A stretch of 64,000 bases of DNA, from contig OZ024740.1 of NCBI GenBank assembly GCA_964016885.1, forward strand, positions 226,176,001 to 226,240,000. Direction: 5' to 3'. Made by a program: the position numbers and the translations under genes. Below the pieces are notes generated by a model. It was not told the DNA's origin. It saw only the letters and a program-made list of their open reading frames with translations, and did not search any database. Of the stretch, positions 13,840 through 27,260 are shown piece after piece. Source of the stretch: Eledone cirrhosa (Eukaryota). How positions within the stretch are numbered: position 1 is the first letter of the stretch; every line of letters starts with the position of its first letter.

Positions 13840-14400
13840 TATTGCTTGCTAAGCATGGTTCTTGATAAAGTATATATATTCTTCAAAGTGAAATGTATTT
13901 GACATTTAGTAGAGATATGAGCAGTAATCAGAAAATATATAAGTGGAATTTGGGGGAGAATTTGGAATTTGCTCTTAGAGTGAAGGGTTGACTCTATGAT
14001 GCTTATGTGTAGACTGAGGCAGGGGTGAGACATCAACCTTGACTACAGAACCTGTGAAGCCTTGAAAGAAATGAAGCAAGTATGCTCTTATGGATATGTA
14101 ATGTCAGTGTATATAAACTCCGAAACATAAATGAGATGAGAGAAAAACATGGTATATGAAGAATGAAATCTAGTGTGCAAGATAGGACTGTATTGATTTT
14201 AAAGAAAGAGTACTGCTTGCTTGCAAGTCTGAAGAGCCTCATTCAGGTTTATGAATTATAAAGAGAACTGACACTTATCAGAGAAGCAATGACAACCTCA
14301 GCATCGAAAGAACAGCCATCATATAGTTATGTATGTGTGGAGAGGTTTGTCCCTCACTGACTGATCTCAAAAGTCATATGCATAAATTTGCGGGAATATT
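13840..14400 (+). pseudogene. Highly decayed LINE (RTE-like) ORF2 3' end
   Basis: Remnant of a C-terminal zinc finger (YVC..SLTDLKSHMH across a frameshift); weak. Confidence 0.3.
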
Positions 14401-14594
14401 AAACGTCCCTTAACATCATTTTCATAAATGCAATTAAATAGGATTGCTTGATTTGCAGCACAGTATGCTGTTTGCTGTGGAATCTGAAGAGTCATGTTCA
14501 GGTTCAAGAATCACATTTTCAGGTTCAAGAATCAGAGAGATTGAACAATTATTAGAGACAGCCTCAAAAGTAATGAAACAGCCATCACATGTAT

Positions 14595-15508
14595 GTATAA
14601 TGAAAATAAAAGTTACGGGCGAAAGAGGGCAATATCCATCATCAGTCGTCTGCTAGGAATCATAGGTATTTCTTCACGTTAGAGACAAGATACCTCAGCC
14701 TAAGCGAACAATAACTAAAATAAATTATTGGGATAAAAAAAGGGGGGGAGAGAGAAAAAAAAATGTAAACAGACACAAAGAGTTAAGCAATGAAAAGAGA
14801 GGAAAAATCAAGTCAACAATTCATTTCGAACATAAGTTCTGGCGGGTTTGACGAGAAAAAAAGACACGTCTTCCCTGTAGCAGTGTGAGCAAGAGAAGAG
14901 ACTGCTTATAGTGGCGGAACTTATGTTAGTTATTGTTCACCCTAGGCTGAGGTATCTTGTCTCTAACACAAAAAAATACCTATGATTCCTAGCCCTCTAT
15001 TGCCTTCTTTTGCCTGTAACTTTTATTTTCATTATACTTAGTTGCAACCACACAGCTCGCCATTTTATTCACATAATTTCCTTCTCCACTGTGACCCGTC
15101 TCTTTTCTCTCCCCTTGTTGATATCCTCTCTCCCCTTCTCTCTCCTTCTCCCTCTTCTGCTAATCCCCCTCTCTCCACTAGCTCATTGTCCGCCACTGTA
15201 ATCAGTCTCTTCTTTCGCTCACACTGCTACAGTGAGACCTGTCTTTTTTTCTAGTCAAACCCGCCAGAACTTATGTTCGAAATGAGTTGTTGACTTGATT
15301 TTTCCTCTTTTCGTTGATTCCACCTTTGTGTCTGTTTACATTTTTTTCTCTCTCTCCCTCCTTTTTTTATCCCAATAACTTATTTTAGTTATTGTTCGCC
15401 CTTGGCTGAAGTATCTTGTCTGTAATGCGAAGAAATGCCTATGATTCCTAGCAACAACTGATAATGGATATTGCCCTCTTTTACCCGTAACTTTTATTTA
15501 CATTATAC
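14595..15508 (+). mobile_element. Decayed inverted-arm plus partial-tandem element (unit about 459 bp)
   Basis: 14595-14918 is inverted relative to 15189-15508; 14926-15037 repeats directly at 15385-15508; degenerate hammerhead-like scaffold at about 15253-15296. Confidence 0.7.
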
Positions 15509-17089
15509 TTTGGGTTATAGCTACTGTTGCTCAGAGAGTGGGATTGGTTCAGTGCACAGTCTTTCCTTACTTTAAAAAATATTTCACGCACAGGCATTGC
15601 ACCATAGAATTAATTAATAATTATTAATAATGGTATATCGTGCAATGGGCATACTCGATAACGAAGGGGCAGCCATTATCATGTATGTATGTATGCATGT
15701 ATGCATGCACAGGTACATGGAAGTACTTGGTTTAGTGCCCAAGCACAAGCTTAGCCAACCAGTAGTGAGAGACGCCTGGACCTTGTTAAGACATCCTTTC
15801 TAAGAGGAGGAAAACTTTTATGTAAAACCTGTGAATCAATTACAGCCAATGATGTTAACCTGTTCTTCTTTTTGGATACCTGTCACCATCGTTCAGAGAG
15901 TGGCATTGATCCAGTGCATGGCCTTTCTTCACTTAGCACAAGCATCACTTTATTTTAATATCTTTCAGATGTGTTGCATGAGTTTGGTTAGCTGTAGCTG
16001 AGAACAATTTTTTTAATTTTTTAATGAAGCATATTCAGAAAAGAATATAAGTCCTTGGCCAGGCTAATAAGTCATGTGCGAGAAAGATAATGATGGCAAT
16101 TCTTAAATTCAAGATGCAGCCATCATGTATGTACATACATATGTATGTACATACATATGTATGTATGCATGTATGTATATATGCTATCACTCTCTCTTAA
16201 TTTTGAGTTTAGTTTTGACTGGTAAATTTCCCCCTTGGTAAGGTTGTAAAATAAAGCAAAATGTTGTCATCTCTTGTGCAATTGTTCACCCTTTGAATTG
16301 TAAGAATGTTTTACAGATTTTGAAGGTTCAAGATATCATGGTCCTTTGTATGCAAGTATGTATGTGTGTGTGTATGTATACGTGTGCATGTATGTACATA
16401 TGTATGTGGGTTAGCTGAGTAGTTCATAGGCTAACCAAGACACTCTCATGGAATTACCAAATGAGGTTTATTTTCAACATAGTCCTTGGAAAGAAACAAT
16501 TACAAAGAGTTGAAATTAATACATGCAAGATTTCACAGCTCTAGCATCACTCCTTCATTGTCGGTCTAGGATCTTTTAAGCCCACCCTAGTAAGTATGTA
16601 TGTACTTATGTCTGTACATATGTATGTATATATGTATGTATATATGTATGTATCTATGATTGTATGTATACATACATGCATTTACACATGGAAACATTCG
16701 TTTTTACATTGTCAAAACTGATGTATGTCTCCACCAGACACTAACAAACACTGCCACATGGCAATTTAGCAAGTAGAATTATAAAAATGACTGAAATGAA
16801 ATGAAATGTGATAAATACAGAGGATGGAAGAAAAATACAATTTGCAATTTCAAAAGAAGAGCTGTACTTATCTAAATTCCAAAGCCTTCTTCAGCTTTCT
16901 TCAGAATCTTTATTCACATTTACATTTCTTTCTTATTCCACTGCGATACTTCAGAGGATAACTCAAGACAAACATTATGCAAAAAGAGCTTTCACTGAGA
17001 GAAAGTGTTTAGTTTTGTAAGTTCTTTCAAAGATGGATTATCCAATAAAGAGGAAAAATATTCTGTCTTATTTATTTATTGTGATGGTA

Positions 17090-17121
<32 letters not shown>

Positions 17122-17996
17122 TATGTGTGTGTGTGTGTATATATGTGTGTGTGTGTGTATGTGATTATTTATGTGTGAAAGTGTGTGTATTTTAAGTGTG
17201 TGTATTTCATGAGTGTATGTAATGTATTTATATGAATGTATGTATACATGTGTGTATGTGTGAAAATGTGTGTATTGTGCGTATCTGTTGCATGTGTATA
17301 TATATATATGTGTGTGTGTATTGTCTATGTATTAATGTGTGTATGCCTGCATATGCGTGTATTTTTATACATATGTGTATATATGTGTACGTGTGTGTAT
17401 ATATGTGTACGTGTGTGTTTATCTGTGTGTCTTTTTTGAGTTCACATATTTATATATTGATTATGCATTGTGTGCATTTTTATGTGTGTGCAAGTGTGTG
17501 TATCGTATGTATTTGTATGCATCTGTGTATATATGTGTATGTATGTGTGTGCATAAATGTGTATGTACATGTGCATGTAAATGTGTATTGTGTGCATTTT
17601 TATGTGTGTGCAAGTGTATGTATTGAATGTATTTGTATGCATCTGTGTATATATGTGTATATCTGTGTGTGCATGAATGTGTATGTACATGTGCATGTAA
17701 ATGTGTATGCAAATGTGTATGTGCATGCATGCGTGCCCTAGTGTACATCCTATTTAATGTTTGGGAACATTTCAAACGTTAATATTTCTCTTTGCTATTG
17801 CAATAAATAAATCAAGATGAATCTTTCTCTTGTGCCATTCAAACTAACTTTCAAAAGCTTCTTTCTTATCCTCTTTCACTCATCATCAAACACATGCTAA
17901 TCTTTTTCTTTTTTTTTTTCTGTTTTAGCATAACAAAAACTTGTAATCTGCAAACCTGTGAGATGACCAGGAAAAACTATTTAGACAATATATATA

Positions 17997-18038
<42 letters not shown>

Positions 18039-18062
18039 CGATATATATTGTAGGAATGTATG

Positions 18063-18140
<78 letters not shown>

Positions 18141-20658
18141 TGTATGTATATATATGTGTGTGTATATACATGTATATATATATATATATGTGTGTATATA
18201 TATGTGTGTGTATATATATATATATAGATATATACATACAATATATATTGTATGTATATATATATATATGTGTGTGTGTGAAAATCCAATAGTTGTGTCT
18301 TAATCTGGGATGTATTCATTTGTATTCACAGAAGTTTTTTTGTTAAACAATATTCTTACTTCAGAGTCACCAAAGTTGATCTCTTAATTTTCATAGAAAT
18401 AAACCAGTGGGGGTTAACAATTTTATCTGCTATACTTCATTCCAAGTTTGACTTTCTTTTCTTTACCATACTATATCAATTTATGTTGCATGCAACCAAA
18501 CTTTGTTTTTAATGTTAATATGAAAGATATGATTAATGTTCGTCGTATGTTAGCTTTTCTCAAACAGCTAGAAAACATAATTAAGTTGTTTATATATTTG
18601 CTTATATAATCAAACTTTTCTGATTTACAATCCCATTAGATAGCTTGATTTGTGGCCCTCTTTAATGTAGTAGCTAAGTCATCCTCAAGTAATTGGCTTA
18701 AGACTTTCAGATGGACAGCATATATTTTCTGTTATAGATTTTGAGACTATTTTGGGATTCATTCCATTTGAAACATAGTGTATGTTCAAAGCTAAAAATC
18801 ACAAAGTTAAAGATATTGTTTTCCCAGTTACTTCTTCCTGTTGATCTAATGGAAGACTTTCCAGCCCAGGAGCCTGAAAAGATAGCACTACAGGTTAGTA
18901 AGCTTTTGAGCAGACATATTTCAAAGACAAAGGAAAATTCATGTAAATGAACTGCTTTCTTGATAATGAAAAGTTTGGGCAACACTAATGTAATAAAACA
19001 AAGTTGAACATAAATACCAACCGCAGCAATGAGGGAACCTCTGTGTGTGTATTTGTTTGATTTTTGTTGGTTTGGCAGGATAAAGGGAAGTGTCCATGAC
19101 CCATTTAAATCCTCCAATAATGGTGGTGTGAGAGAGGAAGATTTCCTGAAGCCAGAGACCTGGTTCAATTCTCACAACAGATTGGACTGTGTTAAAGGCA
19201 GCCCAGATTGATGATCATGTAATATCAGACGATAAATTAAATCTACTATTCAAGTAAGTCACAACGTGGTTAGACTCATAATACAAGCAACTGGAACAAA
19301 TGCTGTTAAACATAACATCTAATGTTCTAACAATTCTGCCAGTCTAGAAAAAAACAACAAATTAAAGTTTGTCCCAAACCCCTTGGTTTTCATTGGTGTT
19401 AAGCAATTGAGAATACAAGTCCAGTGCCGAGTTAACTCCCAGCAACTGCCAGTACTCATTTTCAGCTGAGCACTATGCAGTGCTGAAGACCTGACCTGCA
19501 GCAAACACTGACTTCACCCACCCTCCCCACTTCCACTAGCACTCAACAGTTATTTGCAACTACTTCCTCCCCACCCCTATATACACATATTCCTAGCAGA
19601 TGTACCCCCCCCCCCCACTGCCACCGTTAAGTGGCTGATGATAAGAAGGTCTTCCAACCATGGAGAGCTTACCAAACAAAGAAACAAAGAGTCAGGAGAA
19701 CCCTTCGGTCATGTCATGGACATGACAGCCTCCCTAGTGTTGGTGATTTACCTAATAAACACACTCAGTACAAGCTGTAATGTGATTGGTGGTAGGAAGA
19801 GCATCCAATTGTAGAAAGCTCACCAGACAAAGGGTTGGGAGGACTCTTCAGTCATGTCAAGGACATGACAAACCCTACCTGGTGCTGGTGATTTACACAA
19901 TAAACACATCCAGTTCATGCTGTAAAGTGGTTGGTAATAGGAAGAATATGCAGTCATAGACATTTTGCCAAACAAAGGGTTGAGAGGACCCTCAATTGTG
20001 TCAAAAACATAGCAACCTCTCCTAAACACTTTGAAAAATCTAAAACTGTATATAAGCAAAACGCAGGTCCCTGGCCTGCCTGAAAGATCAGTGGCTCTGC
20101 TTCAGTACTGACATGTCCTGTATGGATCCATCCAACCCTTGCAATCAGAGAAAGCAGATGTTAAAATGACACAACATGCAACTTCATCCAGGAATCAGAC
20201 CCATAACATAATGTTCAAAACTCTAATATCCTAACAACTAGGTCATGTGACTACTCCACACTGGTCCTTTATTTATTTTCTCTATGAGAGTAAAAGGTAA
20301 AGTTGGCCTTCACTGGATACAAGAAGCTATAATAAATGACACCAAATAGTTCATCTGATGCTCTAGCATTTCTGTTATTTTGCTGCATTTTTACTTTGAT
20401 GTGCTAGAAATGGCATTCATATTTTCCTCAAATCACTCACTACTAGCTTGAAAATAGGAGGGAGACATTGGATAATGTATTCCTATATACGCTAAAAGAG
20501 AAAGAATGTTCCTGGTTTGAGTGTCTTTGATCATTGCTTTGCTTGATAAGTGCTGACTTGGGACTAAACTATAAAAACTTCAAATCCTCAAGTTATATGA
20601 GAAGTATTTGTTCCTCCAAATCAATATCTTTACTGTGTGTGTATATATATATATATAT

Positions 20659-21001
20659 GGAGGCACATGGCTTAGTGGTTAGAGCATTGGCCTTGCAATC
20701 GAAAGGTTGTGAGTTCAATTCTCAGACTGGGTGATATGTTGTTTCCTTGAGCAAGACACTTTATTTCACATTGCTCCAGTTTATTCAGCTATAGAAATGA
20801 GATGATAGGGACTGGGGTCCCTATCATTCCACTGCAAAGTGGTCTTGGCGGTGTCACGGCAAAAAAGCACCCAGCATTCACTGTAAATGAGGTTGGCGTT
20901 AGGAAGGGCATCCAGCTGTAGAAATCAAGCCAGAATCAGTTCCCGTCCCACCCTTGCAAGCAGGGAAAAGCGGACGTAAAATGATGATGATGATGATGAT
21001 A
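20659..21001 (+). mobile_element. Full-length tRNA-derived SINE with RTE 3' tail
   Basis: A box tggcttagtgg, B box gagttcaattc; 3' part shared with the RTE 3' UTR at about 35460-35620; (GAT)n tail. Confidence 0.9.
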
Positions 21002-22004
21002 TTAGAAATTAGTATAAACGAAATCGGATGTAGTGCAGCAGAAAGTGGATTGAGCTGATATGGACATGTAATGCATATGGATGATGATTGTTGTGTGAAG
21101 AAGTACCAGGAGTTCCAAGTGGAAGGAAGATGTGGTAGAGATAGGCCGAAGAAGGTTTGGGCAGAACTGATAAAAATAGATCTCTGGGGCTGAAATGCTC
21201 AAAGGAAATGCTCAAAGAAAAGGAAAATTACAAAGAAATTCTGCTGTAGAGGACTCCTTCAACCCATGCAAGCCTGAGGAAATGGATGTAAAACTGATGG
21301 TGATGGTGATCAAAGTTAGACATTTCAAAGTTGGAGTAGATGGGAGCCCACACTGTAAAGTAGTCATGTAGGTGTCATGACAAAAAGCACCCAGCCTACA
21401 CTGTAAAGGGTTGTGGAGGTATCATGACAAAAAGCACCCAGTACTCACTGTAATCGAGGTTAGCATTAGGAAGGGCATCCAGCTGTAGAAACCAAGCAAA
21501 ATCAGTTCTATATGAACAAGACATGGTCACCTGACCTAGCATTGCCCACAACAGGACAACTCATCTAACACATGCTAGTATGGAAAATGGACGTATGATG
21601 ATGATGATGATGATGATGATGGGAGCCATTATAAAGCTGTTACAAAAGAAATTCTAACTCTAAATTATGTCATTGATTTGTGAAAATAATAGAGGTTGTA
21701 TAACAAAGACCAAAGATGGTACTTAGAATTAAATATTTGCTTTGTCAAGTAGCAAGTGGTTGCATGCTACATGCCACACCTTGCTACAGGGCACAATTGA
21801 AGAAGGGAAAAGAAGGGAGAGACAAAGATAATTCTAGTCTGACAACATAAAAGACTGGACAGGTTTCAATACTGTAGCTCTTCAACATGTAATGGAGGAC
21901 AAAGTGGCAATGGTTGAGTGTCAGAATGACTTGAGAAGCATTCCAATGATTCACTGCATTAGTTATGGGAAAAAGATGATGATAATAAGGAGGAGGGGGG
22001 AGGG

Positions 22005-22665
22005 TTTCTGATTTAGTCAAGGCCAACAATTTTGTGGGGAGAAGAAAGTCGATAAAATCAACTCCAGTGTATTACTGGTGTTTTACTTTATCGAGCCCCA
22101 TAAGGATGAAAGGCAAAGCTAACCATGGCAGGATTTGAACTCAGAACAAAACAGACAAAAACACTATGCTGTCAACCATGTTGCCTGATGCCCTGATACT
22201 GCCAATCCAACTCTCTATAGGGAGGAGGATAATAATGGTTTCTTAATGGAGGATAATAATGGCACAAGGCCAGTAATTTGGGGGGAGGGAAAAGTCGATT
22301 AAATCGTCCCCAGTGCATGACTGGTATGTTATTTTATCAACCCCATAAGGATGAAAGGCAAAGTTAACTTCGGTGGGATTTGAACCCAGATCATAAAGGG
22401 CCATAGCTCTATGCAGCAAAGCGTGGCGTCCGATCCTCTACCGATACTGCCAATCCACCGTCCTGATGAGGAGGATAATAATTGTTTCTACTTTTAGCAC
22501 AAGGCCAGCAATTATCCCAGTGTATTACTGGTACTTTATTTTATTGACCCTGTAAGGATGAAAGGCAAAGTTAACCTCGGTGGGATTTGAACTAAGATAA
22601 TAAAGGTCCATAACTCTATGTTGCAAAGCATGGCGTCCAACCCTCTACCAATACTGCCAATCCAT
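22005..22665 (-). mobile_element. Three head-to-tail Nin-domain SINE copies
   Basis: Three successive taaggatgaaaggcaaag..atactgccaatcca units, each followed by gagga(g/a)gataata. Confidence 0.8.
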
Positions 22666-23186
22666 CATCCTGGTGAGGAAGATAATAATGATGGTGGTGG
22701 AAGAGATGGTGATGATTTACAAGTAATTATTTTGTAGTTGAAAGTTGTGATGCTGCTCATTGCATGTTCACAAACTATAATAATTAGAATGTTTCTTAAT
22801 GTTATACTAATATTTATTAGTCCCCCTCCTATGTCATAAATAACACATTTTAACATAATTATATTATTTTTTATTTTATAATTAATTCATTTAGTAAATT
22901 CAACTATTTCCAATGACTAAACCATAAAATTCCATATCAGTGATTAAAAACTCAAGCTTACATAACAATGATATTCCCAATCTCATTAAGATGCTAGAAA
23001 GTTCTTGTGTCTCAACCTCATCAATTACATATGACTCACACATAGTCATTTAGTTTTACTATCGTGAAAGAAATGTAACTAAAATGTAACTAATATTAAT
23101 CTCTTTGGAGATATTGGATATTCCATACATTTTATTTTATTTTGGGTGGGGGGAATAAAATTGAAGTTAAATTTTTTTTTTTTAAA

Positions 23187-23272
23187 TCATCATCATCATC
23201 ATTGTCATCTCTCCTCTTTTGTCAATGTCATCATAAATGTCAACACTGCCATTCTCAATATCATCATGAACG

Positions 23273-23310
<38 letters not shown>

Positions 23311-23487
23311 TACCAACATCATCATCATCTTTGTCGTCATTGTCCTTGTCAACACTGCCAGCCTCAATATCATCATTACCATCATTGTCATTGTCATCAT
23401 CATCTTTTTTGTCATTATTCTCATCCACACTGCTATCCTCAACATCATCATGACCTTCATAATTACCACCATCATCATCCTCATCAT
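23187..23487. repeat. Degenerate (CAT)n microsatellite
   Basis: Direct inspection. Confidence 0.85.
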
Positions 23488-23625
23488 TTTTATATTCAGT
23501 TTTCCATGCTAGCCTGGATTTGGCTGAGATTTTTTTAAGCAGTTTTGCCATGGTCAGGGGCCTTTCCTTACACCAGCGCATACTTTGATATCTTTTAAAT
23601 TATTGTATATATTCCTAACACTATA

Positions 23626-24375
23626 GTGAATTCATCAAGGAAGGATCTGTATTCAGATTCCTTGATAGGGGCATAAACTTGCACTATCCACAGTAACCTA
23701 TCTTTCAGCCTAAGTCTCACAAGGCAAATCTTCCCTCCTCGTGGTATCCAGTGACTTCATCAAGGAAGAATCTACATTTGGAATCCTTGTTTGGTGCATA
23801 AACTTGCACTATCCACAGTAACCTATCTTTCAGCCTAAGTCTCACAAGGCAAATCTTCCCTCCTCGTGGTATCCAGTGACTTCATCAAGGAAGAATCTAC
23901 ATTTGGAATCCTTGTTTGGTGCATAAACTTGCACTATCCACAGTAACCTATCTTTCAGCCTAAGTCTCACAAGGCAAATCTTCCCTCCTCGTGGTATCCA
24001 GTGACTTCATCAAGGAAGAATCTACATTTGGAATCCTTGTTTGGTGCATAAACTTGCACTATCCACAGTAACCTATCTTTCAGCCTAAGTCTCACAAGGC
24101 AAATCTTCCCTCCTCGTGGTATCCAGTGACTTCATCAAGGAAGAATCTACATTTGGAATCCTTGTTTGGTGCATAAACTTGCACTATCCACAGTAACCTA
24201 TCTTTCAGCCTAAGTCTCACAAGGCAAATCTTCGCTCCTCGTGGTATCCAGTGACTTCATCAAGGAAGAATCTACATTTGGAATCCTTGTTTGGTGCATA
24301 AACTTGCACTACCCACAGTGACTTATCTTTCAGCCTAAGCTTCAAGAGGCAAATCAACTTCCTAATAGTATCCAA
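23626..24375 (-). repeat. 125-bp tandem repeat (about 6 copies) derived from a LINE AP-endonuclease fragment
   Basis: ttcatcaagg recurs at 23631, 23756, 23881, 24006, 24131, 24256; the minus strand encodes LRLKDKSLWVVQVYAP. Confidence 0.85.
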
Positions 24376-24900
24376 TACATAATACATTCTGACAGCTGGG
24401 TGGAGGGGGGTGGGGAGCTTGTGACTATCCCCATTGTCACCTGTGCAATCATTTCTGGTGCCACACATGAATAGTGGAGAAGTATATATTGCAAACTTCA
24501 TTAAACCATTAAGTTGTGGGATGTATTTTTCATTAATCTATGAGGAACATAAACAAGTTTCACAGCTGGCTTTTCATATAGAGATGCACGCCTCTTCTGT
24601 GATACACACATATACATATAGATACTTATCACCCCATTCTAAATCTTCTTTCCAACTTACTTTTTCTAAAGATAGTTAGCTAGCAACTACATATGCTTCC
24701 TGAAATTTGCCAGCACTACACCTGATATCCCCCCTCCATACACAAGCACACATGTATATCATGACTCATAGACTGTTCACTTTCCTGACATTTGTACATT
24801 CTTCTATGTACTATACATGCACCTTTGATGAGTTATAGTGCACCTGAGCACTGTACACAATAATTTCATTATTATTATTATTATTATTATTATTAAGGCA

Positions 24901-25112
24901 GTGGATTGGCAGTATCAGTAGGGCATCGGAAAACATGCTTTGCAGCATAGAGTTACGGCCCTTTATGATCTGAGTTCAAATCCCGCCATTAACTTTCGCC
25001 TTTCATCCTTACAGGGTCGATAAAATAAAATACCAGTCACACACTGGGGTCGCTTTAATCGACTTTCCCCTCCCAAAAAATTGTTGGCCTTTTGCCTGTA
25101 TAAGAAACCATT
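24901..25112 (+). mobile_element. Nin-domain SINE
   Basis: Same family as 7296-7482. Confidence 0.8.
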
Positions 25113-25577
25113 ATTATATTGTTTCTCCCCACTTCTTTTTCCATTTACCTGTTTATATTTATCTCCTCTACCCTCCTTTATTGTTTCCCTCCCAAATAAC
25201 CTACGCTCTCCCTATTACTATCTTCTTATGTAGGACTGCTGTTCATAAAATTAACTTTTTCCAACCCTATTTACTATTATATGATTATACTATTATACCA
25301 TTATTGTAAAGTGTTGTTTCCTTATATTGCTTTTTTCACATTAACTTATATAATTATATAAGACTTGAAGAAATTCAACTGAAAAAACAAAACATCTGTT
25401 AAAGCATTTATCAATTTCACAATGTTTTTAATTAAAATGTTTTCTACCACATCCTCAAGCTAATCATCACTTTGCAAGTGAGTTTGCTGTGTGTGAATAT
25501 ATATATACACACACACACACATATATATATATACATATATACATACATATGTATACATATATATATATACATACATA

Positions 25578-25661
<84 letters not shown>

Positions 25662-25681
25662 CATATTTATACACATATATA

Positions 25682-27260
25682 TACAAGGTTTTTCCCAAAA
25701 GTAAGAGTACTGTTTTATCTACGTATGACATGGTAACGCAGCAAATCGATGTATATAGGCATGTTCAACATGACCATGACTGCACGTACATACTTGTTTC
25801 AACATGATAAATTGAGTCAGCCATGATTTGTTGCTGTTTATGTACAAACATATTTATAAGTTCAGCTATGTTTGAGATGCAGGAAAATATCGTACAATGG
25901 TATGTGATAAAATGTTCTGTGAAAATCAACAAATTGGCCACCAAAACATTTAATTCAACACAAACTTATGGAAAGGCCACTCCATTGAGAAGTTTGGTTT
26001 TTAAGTGGCTCAAAGCTTTCAAAGGGAGCCGAGAAAATGTTGAGGGTGAACTTCTTTCTGGACGGCCAATCTCATCAACAAATGAACAAAATGTGGAAAT
26101 GGTGTGAGCCCTGATGGCAAAAAATCACTGATAAAGTGTTATGATGATTGCAGGTGATACAAGCTTGGATAAAAATGGAGCTCACAGAATTTTAACCGAC
26201 CATTTGCACATGCGAATAATTTTAGCAAAACTTGTCTGAGGAGCAAAAAGTGTACTTGCTGGAAATTTGTCAGCATTTGCTAGAAAGACTCAAAATTGAG
26301 CAAAATTTCTTGAATAAAATAATAATATGTACAGCCATTACTCCTCTGAATTAAGAGATCACAGCTCTGATACTATGGGCATGTGGTTAGAATGTATCAG
26401 GAAAGAATTACTGGACAGATTTCATGGGTAAAACAAACCAACAGGAGACTCAGGGGTAGAACCTGAGCAAGATGGTTGGATAACATCCATGAGCTTGGCT
26501 GGTCTCGCTTGGGGAACAAACCAGATCTGTTGGAGACAGTTGCTTCTGACCGGACTCATTGGAAGGAGTATTTGTGAACTCTTCCCCCATGACCCTCTCA
26601 GGATTAAGTGGGTGAAAAAGAAGAGAAGTAATAACAGAAGATGAATCATGGGTGTTCACGTATGATCCAGAGACAAAACAGCAAAATGAAGAGTGGCACT
26701 CAAAAGATTCTCCTCATCTGAAGGAAACATGCATGAGCAGATCCAGAGTGAAAACAACGATTTTCATTTTATTTATTTCAACATCTGTGTCATTCTTCAC
26801 AGGACAGACAGTTCATTGCACTTTCTACAAAATTGTCTTTGAACAACTTTGAAAATGGGTCAAGCAAGTCGATAAGAACATTGCAGGAGATTGGGTACTG
26901 CACCACAATAACGTGCCTACTCATTCATCACTTTCAATTAGAGAAATTCTGGTGACGAAAAAACATGCCCATTCTTCCTACAACCCAGATCTAGCTGTGT
27001 GTGATTTTTACCTTTTGCTTAAGTTGAAGGGTCATCATTTTGGAACTGTGGAAAAGATACACAAAATTGTAACTGACAAACTAAGGACACTCACAGAAAA
27101 TAACTTCCAGTAATGTTATGATCAAAGAAAAAATGTTGGAACCACTGTATGACTTACCAAGGGTTGTAATTTGAAGGAGATAACTTATAATTTCATATAC
27201 ACCTAATATACATGTAAATAAAACAACAGTACCTTTACTTTTATATATGGAAGTAAGGAC
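25682..27260 (+). pseudogene. Decayed mariner (DD34D-type) transposon with an internal insertion at about 26330-26630
   Basis: Fragments DESWVFTYDPETKQQ, HHNNVPTHSS (HDNAPAH-like), SYNPDLAVCDFYL (YSPDLAP-like); N-terminal HTH ..VFKWLKAFK..SGRP; many stops. Confidence 0.8.

Noticed and set aside
18707-19211. Cluster of coding-looking short ORFs
   Set aside because: No recognisable domain; interrupted by stops
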